From Raillietiella orientalis (Eukaryota), in the NCBI GenBank assembly GCA_036172245.1, contig JAYWIR010000020.1, forward strand, positions 2,976,001 through 3,040,000: a stretch of 64,000 nt of DNA, given 5' to 3'. The position numbers were made by a program, and so were the translations under genes. Below the pieces are notes generated by a model. It was not told where the DNA came from. It saw only the letters and a list, made by a program, of their open reading frames with translations, and searched no databases. This document shows positions 28,397 through 40,000 of this stretch, piece by piece; position 1 is the first letter of the stretch; the number at the start of each line of letters is the position of its first letter.

Positions 28397-31300
28397 TTGA
28401 AGAGGGGGCATGCCTTTTTTTTTTATTAAAAAAAAAAAAGCAAGCTACTCTTAGGTAGGCGTAAAACCGAAAAATCCACGGGGACCAATTGCAAACAAGC
28501 GCAAACACACAAGCTGGTGGAGATGAAAGCCGGTTCGAGGAGCAGAATCCTTTGGTTGCTGGTTGCAATCGATGGTGACGTCCTTGCTCCGGAACGCCCG
28601 CTCTCCAAACAAGGAAGCAAGGAAACCCGGCGATGTGTGTCATCGCTGCGGCATGACCCTGGTCCGCAGCGTCACCCACACACCTTCATCCTTCGACTAG
28701 CACGCTCGCGAGACGAGACTGAGAAGTCACTTTGCAAAGCAGCCCTCCCGAGAGACTTGTAGTTTCCGGAGTGTTTCACCTAGTCCATTCCTCCTTCCCC
28801 GACATGCTTCCCTACCGCCGCTCTCAGCGACTCGAAGACAAGTCTCTTCGCCTTTCGCACAGCAGTTCCTGAACTCTTCGAAACTGCACTGTGGTTCGTT
28901 CTGGGTTCGAGAATAGAACCGGATTCGGGAAACCGGAAGTCCAGAAAAACGAATCCGTTGTTTCAAGAAACAAAATCGCAGGAAAATGCCGGCCAGCCAG
29001 TTTCTGCCTGGCACTGGGATTTTTTTCAACCAAGACGCTTTCGCAAGAGCAGTGTATGTGGCTGACGAAGGCATTTCAGAGGTACGTTAACTCGTTTCCG
29101 GTTCCCGAAAATGGTTCCACTGCCAGCAAGGAAGACGCAAAGGAGGAAGAACCACCTTCTTGAAAAGTTGCAGATTCCAATGTTGCACCTTCCGAATTAC
29201 AAAGTGATTGCGAGCAATCTGCCTCGGTACGTGCTTCCATGGGAAGGATCTCTTCACAGAGGAAGTTCTCAGCAACAGGAACCAAGAAGCTTCGTGCGCC
29301 TCTCACGAGAAAAAAAAAGACTTTCATGAGCTCAACGAGCGAGGAAGTTGCTAGAGCAACGCAAAGAACTTACCTTCCCAACATGAAAATGGACTCTCTC
29401 TCGGCAAGAGCAACAGCGGATGACAGGCACTAAAGGCATCCAAAGAGCCGATCAGCAAACCAAAGAGCAAGCCACACACCGTTGAACAGCCCCGCATCGT
29501 GGAAAGAATAGCCAGAATGGCATATTGCAAGCTCAAGAACATGAAGGTTGAAGGGAAAAGATAAGTTTCCGACTAGTTCTTAAACGCCAGTTTGAGATGA
29601 CCACAAACAACAAAAGCTGAACAACAGGATGTAGAGGACCATTTGTCCAGTAGGCTGAACTTGAGCATTCTGTAAAGATCAAAGGGCGCGTCCAAGGAGA
29701 CCTCACGATTTAGTGACTGGGGACAGACAATGCTTTACCTTCCAGGAAAACAATGAGATCGGCATGAGCTCTCTAGCACGCCACGTAGGCAACGGAACAA
29801 AGGAGGGATTGGTCTCCTCGAAGTGTGAGGACTGTTCCTGTAGGAATGAGAAAAGCAGACGGGAGCAGAAAACAGCTGTCAGCCAAAGCTGTCCGGACGA
29901 AACGAGATAGCTGACAGCTGCCTGGCTCCTTCCGGGCTGGGGTTGGAGTCCCGTCGCGGAAAGGGAGGAACTAAGATGAAGGGCATTGGCATCCGTTCGT
30001 CTCGAGCGGAAAAAGCAGCCGCAGGAATGCTCTTGGCTGGCGAATGAGCAGGCGATCTGCACTCGGCTCACGTGATGCAACCACGAGGGATGGAGCCATC
30101 GGAATCACGTAACGAAAAGGTCCCCGCTAGAATTCTGCGGATTCCCTCCTGGATGGCCGATTGTCCACGCTCGCTCGCTCGTAGAGAGCTTCGTGGACGG
30201 TCAGGGAGGTCCGACCCGACTCCTCCACCCTCCGGGAAGACGCAGCAGCATATAGAAATGAGCGGCGGATGCCTGACACTTGCAGTTTCTAAGGTCTGCA
30301 GATGAGCTCCGCAGCTCTCGAGAAGGCGGACGCACGTGATCCGAAGACGCCATGAATCCCTCGATCCGCGTCCTCCCCGTGCCTGCTCATGAAGCGTCTC
30401 TCGCTGTTTGCGAGAGGCAGTTCATGGCCGAACGAGTTCCGGCGAATGCTCCTCCTATGTCTTGCACGAGAGGGACATCACTCGATCTTCCCCTTGTTCC
30501 CCCTCCCCTCCCCTCCCCCTCGTGCTCCGATCTTGCAGCCGACCGTCTTCAGGACGCTATCGCCTCGAGTTGAGAGAAAAACTCGCGTTTTCGTAGGAAC
30601 ACCGTGGATTTGCGTATTCTCCAAACTGAGAACCTCTTCGCCGCCCCTTCCTTGGATCCTCTCTTTCGCGGAGTGGAGGGGGAGCCTAGGTCGTTCTGAA
30701 ACGCGACCAGCCGAGGTCCATCGGCAGCGACCAGGTGTTCCGAGGCTGTGCAGCTGCCGCCAAATTGTCGGGATCTTTAATCCGGAAAGGAAATCCATAA
30801 AAGCACCGTTTGCTCCCGGAGGATTGTTTCTTTTTTTTTTTCGGGAGGGCAGTGAGTCAAAGGAAATCGCCAGGAGCAGGGTGACGATTCTCGGGGTGTT
30901 GGGGCGTCACCCAGCAGCGGCGTCTGCAAAGGTCGAAACGGAAACCGAAGAGGCGAACGCGTAGGGACCGTTTGGGGAGGGCAGAAGGTTTAGAAAGCGC
31001 CGTCCTTCTCTCCTCCTTCTACCGCTTCATCCTTCTTGTTTCGTCCTTCCGCTATTATCGTTTTTCTCCTTCCTCCTCGTCTGTTATACGCCTCACTGTC
31101 AACTCCCCCTTGTTCCTACGGTTCTCAGCACTCGACCCTTCCAAAATTGCTAGGGATCTCTCTTCCGGAAGGGAGGCCGCAGAGGAAGGAAGAGCATGAC
31201 GAGCACCTCGAGTTTCGGTCCCTCACGGGTCCGAGACTCGAGGTGACTTCCTCGAGACAGGCGGGTCCGCGGACTCGCAGTGACACAGGACTCCGTCATG

Positions 31301-32381
31301 GCCACGATCTCCTGCGGAGGTCCCTCTTGGCACGCAGAGGGCGAGACATCGCCTGCTCCAACCCATGGGGGGTGTTCTTCGGATCGGGAAGCAGCGAACG
31401 AGAGAAGGGTTTCTTGGCCCTAACGGGGAGCGCTTCGGTGGTGAAGGCAGGTGGGAGCTGAAACCGGACGACGGGACAGAGACTGACTATCCCGTTTCCG
31501 CCTTTACCACGTCTCCACTGGCTTTCCCGACTGGGCAGCTCGGACCGGCCCTGGAAGGCTGGAGCCAAGAGCATCCCGAGTCCCCCCACAACAGGAGAGG
31601 TTGAGGCCGGCTGAGGAACCCCGGAACCGTCGAGAACATGCTGGAACACCACCAGATGGGGTCCATTCCAGTCCTCCTTCCTCCCTTTTCCCCGGGATGA
31701 CCCAGGCCCTCCGTAATGGAGGATGTATGGAGCTACGAGAAACCGAGAGCGCTCTGGGAGCCCTTCCATCCTCCTCTCCGAGAAGCGCGAAAGCGGTGCG
31801 GCGCGAAAGAGGTTTCGTGGGCGCGCGCACGGGGCAATCCAATCGTGTCTTACTGGTTCCTCCGGATCCCTCGTCTCCTTGCTGTTCCATTTCCTCCTCT
31901 CCTGTCGGACTGATCCCAGAACTCCAGCGTGTGGAACCGTATGATGGTCCTTCTCCCCCAGGTAGCGTCGACCGGTGACGGGGGCGTCCCGATCGCAAAC
32001 TCTGTAGCAGGCGAGGCTGCGTCAGCGTAACCACAGGCGACCGACTCTTCATCTCTTCCTCTGTTCCCGGTGTTCCGGAGACTCGCTGGGGCATGCGTCC
32101 AAGCAAGGAGGAAGCGGAGCAGCTGCGCGCGCGCCATCTCTCGCGGCAGGTTCCAGCTGTGGTGCAGACTTGACGGCACGCTGACCTGCCAAACTCGCCC
32201 AAGGGCGGAAGAAATTTCAGGCAAAAGTTGGAACGTTCGCAGCTTAGGGACGCTATCGATCTTCTCCCCGTGCTTTCCTCACCGTCGCCAGCTAGCAACG
32301 CCGAGGTGGACAGGTCAAGGAGCCAAGACCCCGACTAGGAGAGGAGCCGGAAAACTCGGCGTACCAGCCGCGCCGGAGCTT

Positions 32382-32665
32382 GAAACAGAGGGCTTGAAAA
32401 AGCTCGGCATAGCAACCAGAGGTCTCCTTCGTCCACGGTTTTGCTGCGCCTTGGGAAGCTGCGCGAACGATACTACTGACGCCTTCCTCGGATCCACCGT
32501 GGCATTGCTCGGGGGGGTCTGGCAGCGCGGAGCACGACAGCAGTGCCACGGTGGATCCGAGGACAGCCTCAGCAGCTCCGCGCACGTCTCTCAATAGGTG
32601 CGGTGAAACCGTGGACAAAGGAGACTTCTGGTTGCTATGCCGAGCTTTTTCAAGCCCTCTGTTTC
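32382..32665 (+). repeat. Long fold-back inverted repeat (arms 32382-32509 and 32539-32665, 29-nt loop); candidate hairpin RNA
   Basis: The outer 39 bp are perfectly complementary (gaaacagagggcttgaaaaagctcggcatagcaaccaga / tctggttgctatgccgagctttttcaagccctctgtttc). Pairing continues for about 30 bp with few substitutions, then a diverged middle, then an inner stem with 24/25 matches (tcctcggatccaccgtggcattgct / agcagtgccacggtggatccgagga). Confidence 0.9.
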
Positions 32666-35600
32666 TCATGGACCCAATTCTTCCACGAGGAAGGAAGGAA
32701 GAAATGGACAATGGGAAAGGAGAAGAGGGCTGAATTCCATGTGGAAGGCAGTAGCACCTTCCTCCGGCCCAAAATATCGCTCCCTTGCTGCTGGTCGTTC
32801 GTTCGTCTCTCGGCAACCGAATCCTGCGTCGCCTCCATCGGCTTGGACGCGACTTCCTCACCAAGCTAGCGGCCGAAGCCGATCAACACTTTCCTCTAGA
32901 AACGTCTCCAGATCGGGAAAAAAGAAAAACACACCCTATATCCAAGCAGCATCCCGCTTTGGTCCCCGGGAAACTGAGAGGCCTGCCCACCTTTGAAATG
33001 ACGGAAGGAGGAAGCGGGGACGTGGGCAGGTGCCCCCCAATGGTGGTGTGCCGGAGGAAAGAGAAAAGCATCTGGAAAGATCCCGTCTCTCCCCCGTCCA
33101 CCGTGCTCGCCAGCTTCTCCGGCGGGTCCTGAACGCCGAGGATCCGCCACTCCTCGCGCCGCTCGCTGCACCTTCAAAGGGCTGGGCCGGAACCTCTCTC
33201 ACCCGACCTCGGAGCCCCGCCGGAAAACCGTATCCAAAGTCCTATTCCCCGGGCGTTGCTGAAGCCTTTCCTCCGTCCCGCCGGGATGGGGGCTTGGACG
33301 GTAGAAGGGGAGAGACTCCCAGCCGGCGGGACACTCGTCCCTTAGTCTCGGAGTCCAGGGCAGATGCCGTATCCGGGAATATCCGATCGGATGCTGCGGA
33401 AACGGAATCAAAGGTTCCCTGAGAGGGGAGGTGCTGCTCACACAGGCTGTGCAGCCGGAACAGTGCGCGTCTCTTCTCGGTGGAGGCAGGTGGGAGGGAC
33501 GTGGTGAGGGAGGAGGCAACGACGGACGAGAAGCGCAGGTCGTCCGTTCCGGTACAGAGGCACCTCCTCCTGCTTCCTCCCTTTTGCGCTCCTCGTCCGC
33601 TGGGGACACAAACGCGCGGGAGAAGAGGCAGCAGCAACACGACGGGGGAACACGGAGTGAATGGAGGGCAACAGAGAGGGAAGTAGGGAAGTGGTGGCGG
33701 CAGCAGCAGCAGCGAGCACTCGCGGAAGGCCCGGCTGCTCCGTAGAGAGCCGCGCCCCGCAGCATCGAGGCCCTGAAGACCCAGATTGCGACCTTGGTCC
33801 TCTCGTGTGCAGATCCCTCCCCGTTGACGACGCATCTCTCCCTTTTCCGGGTGTTTTTCCCGAAAAGGCACAGGGAGGAGGGAGTAGCAGCAGCAACAGC
33901 AGCATCTGTCGCACGACCGTCACGCGCAGCTTGATGTGCGCCGTCCTCAGCTCATCTCCCCCTTCACTTCGCGCGCTTTTCCAGACTGCTGGTTTTTTTT
34001 CCTTTTCTTCCCTTCCTCCTCTCCCGTCGCCGCTGCCGTCTCCACCACGGGATGTCAAAATTTCCTGCGAAGAATCGCCGAGGGGGGTTCACAACGAACC
34101 AATGAATGGGATTCCCCGCAGCCTCCTTCCTTTCCGGAAAGTGGGGAAGGAGGGAGGGGCGTCACAAGCTCCCCTCCTCCTCCCCTCCCAAAAGTTGTTT
34201 CGGGGATGCCGTCAGCACAGAGAAAACATCGATAAGGGATTTATTAGCTTGGTCTCTTGAGAGGGGATGCATTCCAGGAGTTGTGATCGATACGCAAGTA
34301 GAACGGGGGGTAACCAAGACAACGTGACATTGCCGCTCGCAGGGAGAAGAGGGCGGTCAGCTCGAGCCTCCCCTTTGCTGCTTGCCCCATGGTCGACAAT
34401 GGTGGGCCGCCTCCTGGAGTGATGGTTGCAGGTTCCTCTCGTACCCATGAGAGATCCTCCGTACCGCACCGGTCCCCCTACTCACTGAGCACCCCACCTC
34501 CTCCAGTCGCGACCCCTTCCCCAGACTCCGGAAGGGAATCCTTCGCCGGAAGGTGAGGAAGCAGTCCGTCCGCCTTCTGTCCAAGGTCTTGCTTGCACCC
34601 TCGGGGGATGGGATTCGAGTCCTCCCAGCAAGAGATCCGGGGACAACGGAATCGCCTCCCTCTGCTCTCATCCCGCCGATGCGAGTTGACGGATCATGAG
34701 CTTTCGAAGAGGAGCAGGAAGATGTGGCAGGAGGAAGATCGGATGCAAGGTTCTTCAGGGAGGAAGTCACGCGTGTCCCAGCGTCGCGCTGCATCGATCT
34801 CCGACGAGCCCATCCTGACCTCCGGAGCGGCCTGGTAGGTGATCGGGGGTCACATGTGCGTCGGTGGGCACCCATCACGGCGATCGGTAAGGTCCGGGAC
34901 ACGGGATGTCGAACACGACCCTTCCGCCTGCCTTCGACAGCGGCTCGGTGTGGGGACTCCTTAAAAACTTGGGGAGAGAGGGACGCTGGAGCATGGGGCA
35001 CGCGCAAGAACGGATCCGCCTTTGACCTTGCTCAGTTGCTCCGAAGGAATGCGGTGAGCAGGGGACAGGGGTGTGCCGCCAGCCAGCTGCGCGTGGGACC
35101 TCCTCCTCCTCCTGTTCTTTGAGAGACTTTGGGTACTGCATCAAAGAGAATTGAACTGACCTCTCGTCGCGGCACCTTCCACGCGAACCCGTCGCTGCGC
35201 TTCGTCTTCATGCGTAGCGTTCCTGGAAGGAATCTCCGGAGGTCAGCGAACGCATCGGTGTACTTGTAGAACCTTCAGAGTTGCGCTCGGACTCCCCGTC
35301 CATCTGGAAGCAGCTGATCCCTACGGGGCCACCGCAAAACCTTCGGTGTCCTTCCTCCTTTCTACTAGCGAGCGTACCCGTGGGTCTGGTTGACGGATAG
35401 TGCCCAGCCACCACGCCTTTTCTGCTTCCCATATCTCTGTGGGGAGTGGGGATAGCATGTTTTCACTACAGCATATTCTCAAAGTGGTCAAATTCGGGGA
35501 TACACCCTCAAACGGGGGTTCCAAGGCGTCCCGCTTTGCATCTTTAACCCACCTTTGACAAACACCAAAGGTGGGCTGAGAAGGTTTGGGTTTCCGAGGA

Positions 35601-37015
35601 AGAAAGCGTCTCGTGGATGCTTCTGACTGCTCTTCTCGATGCCAGCGTGGTTCCGTCGGTCAACCACTTTGGCATCGGTGATTCAAGGGCTATCGTTTCC
35701 GAAGGTCCCAGGGGCACTGCAGCCGTCAAAGTACAGGATATCGAGTTTCCTTAAGATGATGAACAGTCGAGCGCTTCGTGCGCCTCCGGAGTTTGGCGCT
35801 TCGATCGAAACGAGGGCTCTCGCTGAGCAATCCAAAGAGCGTTCGGAGGCTCCGTGCACATGGAACGACGAGTCACAGGCGGCGCGAGCGACACCGAACG
35901 CCGGCATGATGAGAGGCGTTTGTACCAGGGACGAAAGACAAGAGCGCTCCAAGGATGCTTGAACTTGTTTCCTATCGCTCTCGATGCTTCACCGGCGTTG
36001 AGATTACCACCATCATCCCAACGGGAAAATCTGCTCGTCCGAGAAGACCTTCTCGAATACACTTTCTGCGACTTTCGCGCCCATCGACGGGGCTGGCACT
36101 GGCCTCTCCGCGGCCGTCGGGTGTTTCATCCGGAAGCAGGTGGCAGGTCGACAAGGCATGTTAACATCTCCGTATCCCTGCAACCCAGTCCCCCACGTGT
36201 CTCGGTAAACATCGTGACTCCTAGTGGAGAAGGGAAACCTCTTCGATCGATGGTACCTGGTTGCACGAGGATCCACCTTCCTCGTAGTGCCAAAAGCGTC
36301 TTCAGGAAAAAAATGCGTCTTAACAGCACGCTGCCCTTCGTGCATTCGAAAAGATGCGCTGCAGAAGTCTTTCGAATGCAACCTGCGGAGCTAAGGTTCT
36401 TATACCACCGCAATTAAAAAGTTCGTATTAAAAGGTTCCGGCGGCAGCAGCGAGTTCTTGCGGTGGTGTTTGGACATTTACAGAACCGTGCACGCTGTTC
36501 TCTGCGTGCGTCCTCAGGTTTACGGCTTTCCGTACGTTGTTGACGTGGCAAGTACTACCTGCTTTCAAGGAAGGGGACTCAGTCCTGCATCCTCCTGCAC
36601 ATCCTTCACAATACGATCCAAACACACACGAACAAAAAGGGAGGAAGGAGGTACGGGGGGAAAGAAGAGAGGAAACAACGAACGTCTGTTGAGATTGCCC
36701 CAAACCAACAAGGATGCCGAACGGAGGGGATCTCGAGAAATCTGCTATCGAGCACCTCTTCCATAAGATGCGCGACGGCAGATCGGACCGGATCTTTCCC
36801 TCCATAACCTGGAGAAACATGATTGCCAATGGCCAGTGTGGAAAATTCGAGCCTTTACTTCAAAAAACGGGCGAGGGGGGAACGAGGCAGTGGCAGTGGG
36901 TGGATAAAGAAGGGAAATAAGTGTATGCGTGGGTGGATGGAGGGAAGGGAAGGATGGAGATCTCATTCGGCCATGAACGAAAGAGATCGCTTCTCGCTCG
37001 TTCCATGTCGATCAT

Positions 37016-40000
37016 TCATCTGTCTCGGTTCAGCACCAAGTGAGCGATGCGAAAAAGACCTTCCCTGTACTGGGAATCGCGCAGGGTGGTCACGTGCTTC
37101 ACAGCAAGGTCGCAGTATTCCTCGGCCAGCTTCCGTGTGTGCTGTAGGCCGTCGGATTCCCTCACGCAGCGCAGGGCGTACTCCACGTCTCCTGGGGAAC
37201 TGAAGTTCCTCTCGACCATGGTGTTGAGTTCGACAAACTTGAGTAGACAAAGCACGGCGAAGGAGAAAGGAGGAGGCGGAAGAAAAGAAGGGAGGCGGGC
37301 GGGGGACGATTTGCACGAGGAACGTCTGCCGTACTCACTTTTTCGCACGCGTACAGCACGGGAGCGGTGGCGAGGCCAAGGCAGAGATCGGCGGCTGCGG
37401 GTTTCCCCAGGTGTTCTGAACTGGACTCGAAGTCCAGAAGATCATCTATCAGCTGGAAGGCGATGCCTATGTTTCTCCCGTACTGGTGACAAGACGAGAG
37501 GAGCTCCTCGTCGGCGCCGGCAAGAACCGCAGCTGCCTGACAACTGTAAGCTATGAGGCTGGCAGTCTTCTTGAACGTCTTCAGCAAGTAGCGAGAAAAT
37601 CTTTCGCCCGTTTCCTTTTGTTCATTGCTCAATTGGATGAACTCGCCTTCCACGAGGTCTGTGAGGACGTTGGAAAGCAGTCGAACGACTTCTTCGCTCC
37701 CCAAACGAGCCAGCATCCCAGTCGCTCGGGACAGTATGAAATCGCCGGCCATTATCGCCTGGAATAAATAGAATGACGTGAATAGTTCGTCAGTGCGACC
37801 CTTTCGAACTCCTTCTGGACCTTTCTCTGACCCCATCGAGTGTTGACGCTCGGTTTGCCACGTCGGTAATCGGATCGATCGACCACATCGTCGTGGACCA
37901 AAGATGCACAGTGAATCATCTCGGTAATCATCGCCAGTTTGTGCTGCGACGGAAGCAATCTAGGACAAACAGGAGTCAACTATCAAAGTTCAGCGACTAC
38001 CTGAAGAAGGATGCTGCGCTCATTCGAATTCTCCCTTCGTGAACACGCACACACGCGGAGAGAATCGGATGCGTGTGTGCGCGCGCGAGCACACGTATGT
38101 ACACACATGGAACACGCTTTTGCATCGCTTGCACAAATGCACGACACATTTCTGTACTCGCCAGGAGGAACCAGTTCGAACTCTGTAGAAGATCAGGATG
38201 CTCAGATAGAAGGAAACGTCGAGCTGATTTCTCTGCTAGTTGTCTTCACGAAACTTGCGAAAAACCATCATTCAGAAGAGCAGTCTGCATCGGGAAATGC
38301 AATTCCATTACTTTTCATTCAGATTACATTTTTCTTTTTTTGGAAAATGTAGTGCAAAAGCGTGTAAAAACCACTCTGACGAGTCCGATGGTCATGGGAC
38401 ATTCTTGTGAGACACAGACACAATGAGATGCCAGAAAGGAGGAGGAAGAAGAACGGGGGGGGAGAGAGAGGAGAAGAGGAACCATTAGAACAAGTCGAGC
38501 TTGAGTGTTTCATTCCAGGAAGATCTCGAAGCGGTTGCAATATACCCCAGTTGTGCCCGAAAAGACAACGGATATTGCAAACGTTTTCCTCGGACCCCGG
38601 ACGAAAGATGGGAAAGTAGGATTTCGATTCAGACTGCAATGCTACCTCGGAAAGATTTCTTCTCATACGGAAGGACAAATGGCTTCAGATGTAATTGCCC
38701 ACATGACAGAGCTATCGATTGCAGAGAATGGGACAAGAGGCGCGCTTCGAGCACAGCGTGTACGACAAGTATTCAATTCAGGAATCTCATATCCTGATGT
38801 AATTTCGCAGCTTCTGTGATCTCTGATTCTTCAGGGGAATAGAAGGTGGTTAGTAATTTGACGCATGCTCACTGCACGCAAGAGGCAAAAAACACCATCC
38901 AAACAACCAAGGCAGCCAGAACACTGCCAGTAAATAACTGGGAAACGCATGGGCACATGACTGAGTTGATCACGCCTTTGTCTTCTGAATCGACAGGAAT
39001 GCTCCAGGAATAGTTTCCGGAAGCTTTCCGAATTCACTCCACGAATCTCGTGAATGACAATTCTTTTGTAGAGCTCACGACAGCAACGAAGTAAGAAATT
39101 GTGGCTATTTGGTACGAGCACAGGCACCATGTGCTACACCCATAAAACCTAGCAGATCTTCGCTTCCTTGCATGAAAAGCATAGTGTTGAGGGGCATCTT
39201 TCTACTCTCAGGATCCCAAAATCAATTAAATAAGACAGATGAACATTATCCAGTGCTCTCTTGTATTCCTAGGCGTGTTCTGTTTCGCGAGATTGATTGA
39301 TTTAGGTCCAACACTGTCGCAATTTGTATTTCCAGAGTAGCTAGTAATAAATAACCTTTGATTGCTCGATCTGACAAGTAAGGAAGTAAATGGGTGAACA
39401 ACGACCGATTCTGGAGTATCACTCAGGAGATACGCGAATCTTCACGCAGTTCCCAGTTCGAATGAAACACATTGCAAACACATGAAAGCATACAAGAAAC
39501 CTCGAATCAAATCTGCAGATACGGTGCACTAGGCTGCGAAGACCCATGCTTTATCCTCGATGACCACGAAATAAGTTCTCCATCGCGCCAATTCTCAGTT
39601 TTTAAGCATCAGTGGAGTTCGCAAGACACGAGACAGAGTCCAGAGAGTGCTCTTTGGATATGTCCAAATTCAATGCTTCGGCTGATTTTCTTTTCGGCTA
39701 TGTTTCCTACGCTCAGCTAACGGAACCATCACGGCTTTGTGAACTCTCCTGGCTGGCACGGTAACCGTCAATCACAAAACTGGAAAGTTTACTCATGATT
39801 TAGGCCAATTGCAGTAGGTCTCCTATCATTCATTTATGCACTATCTCAAAAACATGCACACAATAAACGTGAGACATTTACAGAAATCGATAGAATCGTA
39901 AATCAATAGTAACAGTAATAGTAAATGAATGGTATATTCGGTTTGGCAGGCTGGAAGAAGGAAAATAAGCTTGGGAACCTAACCGTAAGCAAGCACGCAT

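Noticed and set aside
30300..36450. Long overlapping ORFs (up to 264 aa) as protein genes or retroelement gag/pol
   Set aside because: Expected from high GC content; no zinc knuckle, protease, RT or integrase motifs.
36986..36997. atcgcttctcg resembling the U2 snRNA 5' end
   Set aside because: The match stops after about 11 nt and the rest of U2 is absent.
39976..39984. AACCTAACC, a possible TTAGG telomerase template or telomeric seed
   Set aside because: A single 9-mer in a PDSS1 intron with no array and no supporting structure; expected by chance.
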